Shown piece by piece: positions 30,094-39,444 of a stretch of 64,000 nucleotides of DNA (positions within the stretch are counted from its first letter, which is position 1; the number at the start of each line of letters is the position of its first letter). A model generated the notes under the pieces. That model did not search any database. It was not told the origin of the DNA and worked only from the letters and a program-made list of their open reading frames with translations. Source of the DNA: an uncultured Bacilli bacterium (GTDB lineage: Bacteria; Bacillota_I; Bacilli_A; RF39; UBA660); the NCBI GenBank assembly GCA_950097225.1, contig CATNCE010000004.1, forward strand, positions 2,493 to 66,492. The letters run 5' to 3'. Position numbers and translations under genes: made by a program.

Positions 30094-30609
30094 TTATCTA
30101 TGACTTATATAATTTAATGTTTTAGTTGTCAGTGGTTTGAATATTAAATACACAACATATCCAATGCTTCCACCTATGACATTAGTTATTAAATCCGTTA
30201 TATCTGCTGATCTAAAACCATTTATTAAAGGCTGTAATAGCTCAATCCCCAGACTCAATAAAAAAGTATAAAATACAACTTTTAATGGTCTAATTTCTTT
30301 TTTTACTAAAGGCATTAAAAAACCAAAAGGAATTGTCATTATTATGTTTAATCCAACTTGTCTAATGAAATCGCCTCTGCCTTTTAAAACATCGATAAAT
30401 GGTACTAAATTCATTGGATCGTATGGGTGATTAAATATAAATGGTAATGATACTGTTATAGGCATTAAAGTAAAAAATAATACAAAAGATAGATATGTAT
30501 ACATTAAAGTATTTACGAGCAATACGTCTTTGCCTTTTTTCTTCCATTTTTTATAAAATTTCCAAAAATATATTATTATTAAAACTACAAAATCAACTAA
30601 TACTTTCAT
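30094..30609 (-). CDS. VanZ-family membrane protein
   Basis: Four TM helices with the conserved ADITDLITNVIGGSIGY segment. Confidence 0.75.
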   Translation of the reverse strand: MKVLVDFVVLIIIYFWKFYKKWKKKGKDVLLVNTLMYTYLSFVLFFTLMPITVSLPFIFNHPYDPMNLVPFIDVLKGRGDFIRQVGLNIIMTIPFGFLMPLVKKEIRPLKVVFYTFLLSLGIELLQPLINGFRSADITDLITNVIGGSIGYVVYLIFKPLTTKTLNYISHR

Positions 30610-30832
30610 ATTCTTTTCTCCTCGATAAATTATTGTTTGGACAACACTTTATATTAAATATAATACTATAAAAATTTCATCTATTCTAACACCTTTTTCA
30701 TTTCTATATTTTATTGTAATTTTGATGATATTTATAAATTTATTTCTGTAATATTTATTGTTTTAACATATTGTATCACTGCCTCTGCATCATCATAATT
30801 TAAACCATAATTTATAATTGCTACATTTTTAT

Positions 30833-31377
30833 TCAAATTGTAGCTAGTTTTTCTAAGATATTTATAATGGTATTGAAATCATCCTCAGTTATCTTCGATT
30901 GTTTATTTCCTTTTTGTATTTCTTTACAAGACTCTTTTATATAATATACTTCATTGTTTAAAGTTATTTTGTGAGTATTTATTCCATCACATAATTCTCT
31001 GTCATATTTTGAATTTAATAGTATATTTTCTATAAGTCCTATATCTTTTATATCGGTAACTATAACTGTATGTCCTTCATATTCAATTTTAATTCCATTA
31101 CTTTTTGGTAGTTCATATTTCATAAACCAGCTTCCCATTTTCGTTCCAACATTATTTTCATAAGGCTCATTTGGGGATACACTTGTATAGCGAATTGTTT
31201 TATAACCTATCCCCCAATAAGTTACCTTTCTCCCGTCCTTACTAATTACTTTTATAGAATACTTTGGCTCGTGTCCTGTTGTTACTCTACCACTATCAAT
31301 ATAGTTTGTTATTATCCCTATATAGCTATAAGTATAGTTACAAACGCTCCTATGATCATACCTATTTTCTTTTTCAT
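30833..31377 (-). pseudogene. frameshifted membrane-anchored protein gene
   Basis: The ATG at 31377 gives MKKKIGMIIGAFVTILIAI, then TAG at 31320-31318. The +1 frame stays open from there (GIIITNYIDSGRVTTGHEPKY...) into the 101-aa ORF 30833-31138. Confidence 0.6.
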
Positions 31378-31561
31378 AATTTTTCTCACTTTCTATAAGT
31401 CTTTTGGCAATTTACTATAATCATATTTCTTAGCATCAGATTCTAAATCATTTAATGCTTGATTTTCTTCTATTGCTTTTTCTATTAAATAATCAAATTC
31501 AGGATGATTATTTATATTTCTTGATTATTATAACATATAATATTGTATGGCTTTAATTAAA

Positions 31562-31668
31562 ACAAAAAGTGTCCAGCATTTCTGCTGGACTTCAGGGGGT
31601 TTTGGTTGATATACTCTAACATTAGGTAATCGTTAGAGATACCGACATGATATTTCTACCATGCCTAT
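31562..31668 (-). ncRNA. candidate small RNA (promoter-to-terminator unit) downstream of recG
   Basis: Minus strand: TTGACA (31701-31696), 15-nt spacer, TATAAT (31680-31675). Two hairpins follow (31669-31638 and 31637-31615). Then an unpaired CAACCAAAACCCCCUGAAG, then terminator GTCCAGCA-gaaa-TGCTGGAC plus T-run (31590-31561). Confidence 0.45.
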
Positions 31669-31707
31669 CATAATATTATACGAATTTATAGTTTTTGTCA
31701 ATAGATG

Positions 31708-33699
31708 TTAATCATTATTCATTAAATCTTGAACGATATTCTGAAAATAAGAATAATCGCGGAAATTATTTTCAATAGAATTTAGTACAAACTCTTCTGT
31801 ATCCTTTTTGCATTGAAGTAAAATTTTAAAATCTCTTTTTATGTCCCCTATTTTAAATGTCATATCTCCCGATTGGCGAATGCCAAATAAGTCTCCTGAT
31901 CCGCGAATATCAAAATCTTTTTCAGAAATATAGAATCCATCATTACTTTCTTCTAATACGCTTAAGCGTTCACTGTCTTTATCCGATATTAAAATACATT
32001 TGGATTGTAGAGAATTTCTTCCGACTCTTCCACGCAACTGATGAAGAGTGGCAAGACCGAATCGCTCGGCATTAAATATAGCTATAATAGTAGCATTTTT
32101 AACATCTACTCCAACTTCGATTACAGTAGTAGAAATTAAGATATTGATATTACCTTCTTTAAAATCGTTCATTATTTTGTCTTTATCAGCTTGCTTCATT
32201 TTACCATGTAATAAGCCAAGCGAGTATTTCCCGTGCAAATTACTTTCTAATAGCTCTTTTATTTTTTTTATGTCCGATAATTCAGTTTCGTTTTCATCCT
32301 CTATTAAAGGTGCTATTACATAAGCCTGATGGGATAAAGACAACTCTGTTTCTATTTCATCTACTATTTTAGTTATATCTTTAAAGGGATATCTTTTAGT
32401 TAAAATATCTTTTCTGCCAGATGGCTTTTCTTTGATATAGGAAATATCCATATCCCCATAAATTGTTAAGGCGTAGGTTCTAGGAATTGGCGTTGCAGAC
32501 ATATAAAGAACATCAACACACTTTCCTTTGTTTTGAAGGGACTTACGCTGATTAACTCCAAAGCGATGTTGTTCGTCGGTTACAACGAGGCCAATATTGG
32601 CAAATTCAACATTATCTTCAAGCATGGCATGAGTTCCAATTAATAAATCTATTTCATTATTTTTCAAGCGATTAAGAACATTTATTTTTTCATTCTTAGT
32701 TAGAGATCCTACTAATAGTTCGACTTTGATATTTGGAAATAGACTTTTAAAATTAGCAAGGTGCTGGTGAGCTAAAACCTCTGTAGGAGCTAAAAGAGCA
32801 CTTTGATATCCGGCGTGGTGATTTAACAATATGGCGATAAAAGCAACGATCGTTTTGCCTGAGCCAACATCTCCAAGAATAAGACGATTCATGCGTTTTA
32901 AGGCATTAAAATCTTGCATAATCTCTTTTATTGCAGTTAATTGATCTGATGTAAGCTCGAAGGGAATTTTACTTATAATAATGTTCATAGTATCATCATT
33001 TAGCTCCTTAATAATAAAGTCATCGAATATTTGATTTTTATATTTCAAAAGATTTATCTTGAACATAAATTGAAAAAATTCTTCATAAATTAACTTTAAT
33101 TGAGCCTTTTTCAAAGTCGATGTAGTTGTTGGATTATGGATTTCTCTTATAGCATCTAGCGTGTTAATAAATTGGTATCTTTGAGATAAGTAATCAGGAA
33201 TTATTTCCTTAATAGTTATCTTGCTTTTTAAAGATTCAGCAATGATTTTCTTTAAGACTGAAGATTTTAGGCCATTAATCATGTGATATACTGGTTCTAC
33301 TTTCGTATTAGTTAAACCATATAATAATATGTCTGATGCTGTTAATTGATTTTTTAAACGATTATATTTACCGATAACTGTGATTAGACTACCAACTTTT
33401 AGATGGGGAGCTAAAAAGGCACGATTAAATATAATAGTATTCATTACAATATTATTGGTTTCAAAAGAAAAACTTACACGATTAAAATTGCGCTTGATAT
33501 ACCCTACTTTGACTGCGGAAGTGATGCGTCCAGTAAGTATAAGTGTTTCATCTAAATTAGCGTTTTCAAGCACGCTTGGTTTATATATATTATAGCGATA
33601 AGGATAATAGCGCATTAAATCATCAACATTATGAATATTAAGCTTACTCAAATATTCAAGAGTTTTTGGGCCCACGCCTTTTATTTCCAATAAATCCAT
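31708..33699 (-). CDS. recG: ATP-dependent DNA helicase RecG
   Basis: Wedge domain plus SF2 motifs GDVGSGKT, TDEQHRFG, MSATPIPRT, QLRGRVGR. Start chosen at MDLLEIKG. Confidence 0.92.
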   Translation of the reverse strand: MDLLEIKGVGPKTLEYLSKLNIHNVDDLMRYYPYRYNIYKPSVLENANLDETLILTGRITSAVKVGYIKRNFNRVSFSFETNNIVMNTIIFNRAFLAPHLKVGSLITVIGKYNRLKNQLTASDILLYGLTNTKVEPVYHMINGLKSSVLKKIIAESLKSKITIKEIIPDYLSQRYQFINTLDAIREIHNPTTTSTLKKAQLKLIYEEFFQFMFKINLLKYKNQIFDDFIIKELNDDTMNIIISKIPFELTSDQLTAIKEIMQDFNALKRMNRLILGDVGSGKTIVAFIAILLNHHAGYQSALLAPTEVLAHQHLANFKSLFPNIKVELLVGSLTKNEKINVLNRLKNNEIDLLIGTHAMLEDNVEFANIGLVVTDEQHRFGVNQRKSLQNKGKCVDVLYMSATPIPRTYALTIYGDMDISYIKEKPSGRKDILTKRYPFKDITKIVDEIETELSLSHQAYVIAPLIEDENETELSDIKKIKELLESNLHGKYSLGLLHGKMKQADKDKIMNDFKEGNINILISTTVIEVGVDVKNATIIAIFNAERFGLATLHQLRGRVGRNSLQSKCILISDKDSERLSVLEESNDGFYISEKDFDIRGSGDLFGIRQSGDMTFKIGDIKRDFKILLQCKKDTEEFVLNSIENNFRDYSYFQNIVQDLMNND

Positions 33700-33773
33700 T
33701 TTATACCTCCTAAAGTTTAACAAATAAGTAAAAAAGTATTGACAAAAAGTACCTTATAGATTAGTATATTAAC

Positions 33774-33868
33774 TACCAATTCACTTACAGGCGAATTGGT
33801 GCTAGTATCACACTAGCCAACCCCTTTTTATTCTTTGAAGCAGTTCTCAGGGGGACTGCTTCTTTTTT
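33774..33868 (+). ncRNA. candidate small RNA divergent from recG
   Basis: TTGACA (33739-33744), 17-nt spacer, TAGTAT (33762-33767). Hairpins ACCAATTC/GAATTGGT (33775-33800) and GCTAGT/ACTAGC (33801-33817). Unpaired CCAACCCCUUUUU, then terminator GAAGCAG/CTGCTTC plus TTTTTT (33837-33868). No ORF. Confidence 0.5.
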
Positions 33869-33900
33869 ATATTTAAATTATAGCATATAAAAAGAAAGTA

Positions 33901-34431
33901 TTATCTACTTTCTTCAATGAAGTTAAAAATAAGCAGTTTCTTATTTTCATAGTCAAATATTGGAGTTTCAATACTATAGTTATATTGTTCATCACCACAA
34001 GTTAAAGCATATTTTTTATTTAATTGGTTAATAATTCTGGGGTTATAGCGACTTACTACAACCTCGTTGTTATTTACATAACAATAGTTTAAAGAGGAGT
34101 TCCAATTCATTATGATAAGATTATCATTTGTTAGCTTATGTTTGATGATATCAATATCATTTACGATCTTATAGTTTAAAAGTCCCATATTATCAAATAC
34201 ATAGCGGTATACAAAGAGATCTGAATTACATAAAAGAGTATCTAAGATAAAGATATATCTTTTTTTTAGGATACCTTTATTTAAGATGGAATTTAGATAA
34301 CTAATTAATTTATGAACATTATCTACTTTTCCATTCTTAATATATTTAGAGTTATAGGTTTTAAGAACTTTATTTGAATAGACATATATGTATTTATCAG
34401 TTAATTTAACATATATATTACGTTTATTCAT
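33901..34431 (-). CDS. hypothetical protein downstream of the SpoIIQ-like gene
   Basis: 176-aa ORF. Its ATG (34431-34429) abuts the TAA stop (34433-34431) of the upstream gene, sharing one base. No motif recognised. Confidence 0.45.
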   Translation of the reverse strand: MNKRNIYVKLTDKYIYVYSNKVLKTYNSKYIKNGKVDNVHKLISYLNSILNKGILKKRYIFILDTLLCNSDLFVYRYVFDNMGLLNYKIVNDIDIIKHKLTNDNLIIMNWNSSLNYCYVNNNEVVVSRYNPRIINQLNKKYALTCGDEQYNYSIETPIFDYENKKLLIFNFIEESR

Positions 34432-35063
34432 TAGTTCATTTCTTTGATTTCTTTATTATAGTAATTTTCAGGATTTACGTATTCGCCATTATATATCATT
34501 TCAAATAGAAGCATGTTTTCAGATACGCTTGATACTTTATTCACACTACTAGTACCGATTATTTCACCAGAGTTAACAGTATCTCCTACTTGAACTTTAA
34601 CATCTTTTATACTAGAGTATTTAGTTGTTAAGTTGTTATTGTGTTTAATGGTAATAATAGTTCCAAATGTTTCATCCTCTAAAACTTCTTCTACTTTACC
34701 TTCAGATATTGCTAAAACATCGAATGATTTGTCACTAGAGTATAAAACTCCTGTACTTGGCATGTAGGTATTATCATAGAGAATTAAAGATCTTTCTTGT
34801 TGTTCTTTTGAATCAGCTATGTTATAAAAACTTATTTGAATATTTACGCTTTCATCGTTAAAGGGACGTTCAATTTTTTTGACAACTTCATTAACAACTG
34901 GTAAATCAACTGAAACAATGTCTTTTAAAACATATGATTGATTATCTGATTGAGAGGATAAAAAGATATTTTTCGATACCATAGATGTTAAACCAATTAT
35001 ACCAACTACCGCGATTACCAATACACTTACACTGACGATTTCTTTCACTTTATTAGACTTCAT
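34431..35063 (-). CDS. membrane-anchored degenerate LytM/M23 domain protein (SpoIIQ-like)
   Basis: N-terminal TM. The M23 fold is recognisable (TIKHNNNLTTKYSSIKDVKVQVGDTVNSGEIIG...LLFEMIYNGEYVNP), but the HxH zinc ligands are replaced (MLLFE instead of HLHFE). It lies next to spoIID as in clostridia. Confidence 0.6.
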   Translation of the reverse strand: MKSNKVKEIVSVSVLVIAVVGIIGLTSMVSKNIFLSSQSDNQSYVLKDIVSVDLPVVNEVVKKIERPFNDESVNIQISFYNIADSKEQQERSLILYDNTYMPSTGVLYSSDKSFDVLAISEGKVEEVLEDETFGTIITIKHNNNLTTKYSSIKDVKVQVGDTVNSGEIIGTSSVNKVSSVSENMLLFEMIYNGEYVNPENYYNKEIKEMN

Positions 35064-35110
35064 TTTATCACCTTCCTAATAAAAGTGTTAGCAAAATTAA
35101 TATAATTATA

Positions 35111-35971
35111 CTAATATTTTAATAAATCTATTGAGCCGTAGTAATATTTCAAAATTTCTTCATAGCTTTTTCCTTCTTTTGCAAGCATATTAGCTCCATA
35201 TTGACTCATTCCTACTCCATGTCCATATCCATGAGTAGTTATTTTATAGACATCTCCTTCGTTAACAATGGAAAAATCGGTACTACGCAATTTTAGAAGC
35301 TTGCGAAATTCAATTCCCGTATATGTTGAATTATCAACTGCTACCTCTTCAACGTGATTAGTTCCGCTGCGTTTAGTTATTGCGATATTAGAAAATTCTC
35401 CTAATGCACTTACTAATTCAGATTTAGTAAAAGTGGTTTCAACTTGATAATTTTTGCTTTCTTTATCCCAAGGGGAGGCAACAGATGTTATGTTTCCCTC
35501 TTTGAATACGGTCATAGAGTCTTCTGTCTCGCCATTTGATGTTGAAAAATAGAAACTTTTAAACAATTTATTATCTTTGTTCATGACGATAGATTCTGTT
35601 TCTTGAACACACTTTTTAATTTTTTCGTAGTAAAGTTCAAAGTCGTCTTTCCAACGTTCTCCCATTTCTTCTAGAGTATTTAGGCATTGATCTTGCTTGG
35701 TTAAACTAACATTTCCAATATCCCTTTGATATAAAGCATAGGTTCTTGAGGCGATGGCTTGTGCTTTTAATGCATTTTCTTCATAAAGGGCTGGCATCTC
35801 ACAGGCAACGACACTTATAAGATAATTTTCTAACTCTTCATCCGTATTAATAGTAATTGGTTTGTCTTTGATTTCGGGGACTTTAAATGAAGATTTAACT
35901 ACATCGAAGAAATAGAATAAGGAAACTACTACTACTATGCATATAAAAAGATTAATTATATTATTTTTCAC
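35111..35971 (-). CDS. spoIID: SpoIID/LytB-domain lytic transglycosylase (stage II sporulation protein D)
   Basis: [14 protein letters not shown] and [18 protein letters not shown] signature. Confidence 0.85.
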   Translation of the reverse strand: MKNNIINLFICIVVVVSLFYFFDVVKSSFKVPEIKDKPITINTDEELENYLISVVACEMPALYEENALKAQAIASRTYALYQRDIGNVSLTKQDQCLNTLEEMGERWKDDFELYYEKIKKCVQETESIVMNKDNKLFKSFYFSTSNGETEDSMTVFKEGNITSVASPWDKESKNYQVETTFTKSELVSALGEFSNIAITKRSGTNHVEEVAVDNSTYTGIEFRKLLKLRSTDFSIVNEGDVYKITTHGYGHGVGMSQYGANMLAKEGKSYEEILKYYYGSIDLLKY

Positions 35972-36043
35972 TTTATCACCTGATAAGAGAATAATATAAT
36001 TAATCTAACTAATTTGTCGAATATTGCATATATTTTATGCTTT

Positions 36044-36238
36044 TTAATTAATAATTTCAATGGCCATTAAATCAAGGATGAAATTAGCCAATAAATATGT
36101 TAATGCGAAAGATATTATGCAAAAAAGGAAGCGCGCTTCCGATACATGATTGCGCTTTATTATGTGTTCAAAATTGATGCCACTTACTGCAAAAATAGAA
36201 CATATTAAAGAGAGTATATAAACTAATAATTTAAGCAT
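36044..36238 (-). CDS. small integral membrane protein (YwzB/DUF1146-like)
   Basis: 64 aa with two TM helices. It sits near murA/spoIID as ywzB does in Bacillus. Family assignment is from memory. Confidence 0.45.
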   Translation of the reverse strand: MLKLLVYILSLICSIFAVSGINFEHIIKRNHVSEARFLFCIISFALTYLLANFILDLMAIEIIN

Positions 36239-36239
36239 A

Positions 36240-36677
36240 TTATACCTCTAAATCGGTTATTTTAGCTATTCGCCTGATATGTCGCTCATCATAAGTAAAT
36301 TCTGTGTTTAAGAAAGCGCTTAAGATATCTTTAGCATCAGCAATAGAGGTTTTTGCGCTCAAAGATATTACGTTAGCATCATTATCTTTGCGCGTTAATA
36401 TGGCCTCTTCTACTGTACTGACTTTAGCACAGCGAATGCCCTTAATTTTATTGGCAGCTATGGATATTCCTATGCCAGTAGAACACATCAAAATTCCATA
36501 ATCAACTTCGTGATTTGTGATAGCACTACATAGTAGTCTAGCATAGTCTGGATAATCATCAGTCGGTGTATTATGAGGACTATAGTCAACTATTTCGTAT
36601 CCTAAATCTTTTAGATAAGCGAAGAGCATTTTCTTTTTTTCTTGAGCTCCATGATCTGTTGCAATTCCTATTTTCAT
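36240..36677 (-). CDS. rpiB: ribose-5-phosphate isomerase B (RpiB/LacAB family)
   Basis: MKIGIATDHGA...ILMCSTGIGISIAANK, typical RpiB. Confidence 0.85.
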   Translation of the reverse strand: MKIGIATDHGAQEKKKMLFAYLKDLGYEIVDYSPHNTPTDDYPDYARLLCSAITNHEVDYGILMCSTGIGISIAANKIKGIRCAKVSTVEEAILTRKDNDANVISLSAKTSIADAKDILSAFLNTEFTYDERHIRRIAKITDLEV

Positions 36678-37675
36678 TTTTTACCTTCTTTCATAGCTTT
36701 TTCAAATTGGGGAAGAAGCCCATAGTTATCATCACGATGAACGGGAAGCTGATATAAATCGTGGCCGGGGAAGTCGTTTCCTTCTATTAAAAAAGGTTTA
36801 TCTTCACCTAAACATACATCCCATCCAACATATCCCAATTCAGGGACGATGCTACATGCTTCAATACATAATTCTTTAACACTTTCCCACATGGGGATTT
36901 GAGTACCAATTATTGGAGTATTTGTCTCAGGATGAATGGTGTATACGTTACCTATTTTATCAATCGCAGGGTATTTTATTATACCTGTTTCTATATCGAT
37001 AGTTGTAACCATTCCTTCATGATTGAAATTGTCTACAACATGACCATGATTTCCAATTCTAAGGAGAGCGGCAACAACTACTTTATTTAAAGTTACAATT
37101 CTTAGAGTATTGACAGAATGAGGATATATTTCATTTAGGACTTGATGTTGCTTAGCTACATCTTCGACAAGTGTCTGATCGTGATTCAGAAGTTCATGGT
37201 ATAACTCTTCTGGATCATAGTCTTTTACAATTAGTTTTTCAACACCTTTTCCACAGGATAACGATAATGGTTTAACAATTATTTCTTTTTTACCCTTCAA
37301 ATACTTTTTAAAGTCTTCAATACTAGCTTCTTTTAAGTATATCCATTCGCGATTCATATATTTAGAAAATAATTTATTGAATAAAGCCTTATCTTCAAAT
37401 TTATAAGCATAACTCATATCATTAAATTTTTTTATAATGTCATTATTGATACCACGTGTAATAACTGTTTTACGTTCTTTTTTATTCATTTTATACATTT
37501 CGTATAGGTTGTAATCGACATAACCCGCTTGATATTTGAGACCACAACCAATGATGTCAAAGAAAATAAATACTTTTGACTTATTAGTTTTTTTACTGAC
37601 AAGATCTATGGTTTTAAACATGTTTTTATAGTTCATTTTTTTTATTCTTGCTAGTATATATTTTACTTTTCCCAT
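36674..37675 (-). CDS. ATP-grasp domain protein (sugar-transfer-associated type)
   Basis: ATG at 37675 follows GGTGAAAG. ATP-grasp-like core (IVKPLSLSCGKGVEKL...LIEGNDFPGHD). Subfamily assignment is tentative. Confidence 0.55.
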   Translation of the reverse strand: MGKVKYILARIKKMNYKNMFKTIDLVSKKTNKSKVFIFFDIIGCGLKYQAGYVDYNLYEMYKMNKKERKTVITRGINNDIIKKFNDMSYAYKFEDKALFNKLFSKYMNREWIYLKEASIEDFKKYLKGKKEIIVKPLSLSCGKGVEKLIVKDYDPEELYHELLNHDQTLVEDVAKQHQVLNEIYPHSVNTLRIVTLNKVVVAALLRIGNHGHVVDNFNHEGMVTTIDIETGIIKYPAIDKIGNVYTIHPETNTPIIGTQIPMWESVKELCIEACSIVPELGYVGWDVCLGEDKPFLIEGNDFPGHDLYQLPVHRDDNYGLLPQFEKAMKEGKK

Positions 37676-37710
37676 ACTTTCACCTATTATCATTATAGCA
37701 AATAATTATA

Positions 37711-37733
37711 TAAAAAAACTAGCTAATGCTAGT
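37711..37733 (-). terminator. intrinsic terminator after rpmE
   Basis: ACTAGC-atta-GCTAGT followed by TTTTTTT on the minus strand. Confidence 0.7.
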
Positions 37734-37739
37734 AATTTA

Positions 37740-37940
37740 TTATTCGAGATTGAATTTTTTGTTGAATTTTTCAATATTACCTTTTTTCTTACGGTTATTT
37801 TGAGATCCTTTATAGAATGGATGACATTCAGAGCAAACTTCTAGTAATTGTTCTGGTTTATTACTAATTGCTTTAAATGTAGCTCCACAAGCACATTTGA
37901 AAGTGCATTCAACGCGATTTGGATGTATATTTGCTTTCAT
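37740..37940 (-). CDS. rpmE: 50S ribosomal protein L31 (Zn-ribbon type)
   Basis: MKANIHPN...CACGATF...CSECHPFYKG. Confidence 0.95.
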   Translation of the reverse strand: MKANIHPNRVECTFKCACGATFKAISNKPEQLLEVCSECHPFYKGSQNNRKKKGNIEKFNKKFNLE

Positions 37941-38034
37941 CTAAATCCTCCTTCCGCCATAACTCAGCATGAGTTATAGAAATTCATTTACTTGTCTAGT
38001 ATAGCACAAATAATCAAAAATGCAAGATTATTTA

Positions 38035-39294
38035 CTATTTTTCATCATCGATTAGTTTAATATTAACGCCGACTTCCGATAGTTTATCGACGATGCGCTC
38101 ATAGCCACGAAGAAGATGTTCAATATTGTATACTTCGGTCGTTCCTTCTGCTATTAACCCAGCGACAACCATGCTAGCTCCAGCGCGTAAATCGGTTGCC
38201 TTTACTTTGCGCCCATGCAAAGGAGTACGTCCTTTAATGATGGCTTTATTATCAAAAGCTTTGATATTTGCTCCCATGGAATTTAGGTGGGGAACATGGC
38301 GAAGACGATTTTCGTAAATCGTTTCTTCAAAAAGAGATTCTCCTTCACATTGTGTTAAAAGAGCTGACATTGGTTGCCCAAGATCGGTTGGAAATCCAGG
38401 GAATACAGAGGTTTTGACGTTAACAGCTTTTATTTTTTCGGATTTTGATATAGTTATAGAATTAACTGTTGATTGATACTCTATTCCTGCTTCTTTTAAC
38501 TTACATAGTAAGGCTAGAAGATGTTCTTTTATGACATTTTCGATTTTTAAGTTATTACCTATTAAAGCCCCGATTATGAGATAAGTTCCTGCTTCAATAC
38601 GATCGGGAATTGTCTCTACAAATCCGTCACTAAGCTTGCTAACACCTTCAATAGTTATAGTAGAAGTCCCTGCTCCAAACACACGAGCTCCCATGGAATT
38701 AAGGAAGGTTGCAACATTAGCAATTTCGGGTTCTTTAGCAGCATTTTCAATGATAGTTTTTCCTTCTGCTAAGACAGATGATAACATTATGTTTATTGTG
38801 GCTCCAACAGATGGAAAATCAAGATAGAATTCACATCCTTTAAGATTATCAACATTTAAGGTATATTGTGAGTCTTTTTCTTCTATATGCACTCCCATTT
38901 TTTTAAATGCCGCGATATGATAGTCAATTGGTCTTGACCCGATAACACAGCCTCCTGGATAGGCAATTTCTGCCTTATGATAAGCGCCAATAAGAGATCC
39001 CATAAAGTAATATGAGGCACGTATTTTCGATGCATAATGTTCACTTATAGGTTTGTTTGATACGTTTTTATTATCGATTATGATCGTGTCATTTTCAAAT
39101 ACAATTTCTGAACCTAACTCCTTCATCATCTCTAAAAGGATTCGCACATCCGAAATATCAGGCACATTTGTAATTGTACATTTGCCTTTAGTAAGGATAC
39201 TAGCCGGTATTAACGCCACGACTGAATTCTTTGCTCCATTGATTTTGATAGTACCACTAATCTCTTTACAGCCTTCAATAATTAATTTTTTCAT
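38035..39294 (-). CDS. murA: UDP-N-acetylglucosamine 1-carboxyvinyltransferase
   Basis: Full-length MurA-like sequence (KLIIEG...GAKNSVVALIPA...YPGGCVIGSRPID). Start placed at the third ATG, which follows GTGGGA. Confidence 0.92.
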   Translation of the reverse strand: MKKLIIEGCKEISGTIKINGAKNSVVALIPASILTKGKCTITNVPDISDVRILLEMMKELGSEIVFENDTIIIDNKNVSNKPISEHYASKIRASYYFMGSLIGAYHKAEIAYPGGCVIGSRPIDYHIAAFKKMGVHIEEKDSQYTLNVDNLKGCEFYLDFPSVGATINIMLSSVLAEGKTIIENAAKEPEIANVATFLNSMGARVFGAGTSTITIEGVSKLSDGFVETIPDRIEAGTYLIIGALIGNNLKIENVIKEHLLALLCKLKEAGIEYQSTVNSITISKSEKIKAVNVKTSVFPGFPTDLGQPMSALLTQCEGESLFEETIYENRLRHVPHLNSMGANIKAFDNKAIIKGRTPLHGRKVKATDLRAGASMVVAGLIAEGTTEVYNIEHLLRGYERIVDKLSEVGVNIKLIDDEK

Positions 39295-39444
39295 TTTCAT
39301 CCCACTCATTCAAGTTAATTTTATTATATTATTAATAATTGTTTTAAGCAATAAAACAATGTAAATATTATGAAAACAGGATAACTTATCTGTTTTATAC
39401 CATATATTATTCTTATTTTAGTGTTTTTAGGATAAAAAAATATG

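Noticed and set aside
37941-38034. Hairpin ATAACTCA-tgc-TGAGTTAT upstream of rpmE as a murA terminator
   Set aside because: It is not followed by a T-run on the minus strand. It lies downstream of a TTGCAT/TATACT promoter and immediately before the rpmE RBS, so it is more likely a 5'-UTR stem. Evidence is too thin to call it a regulatory leader.
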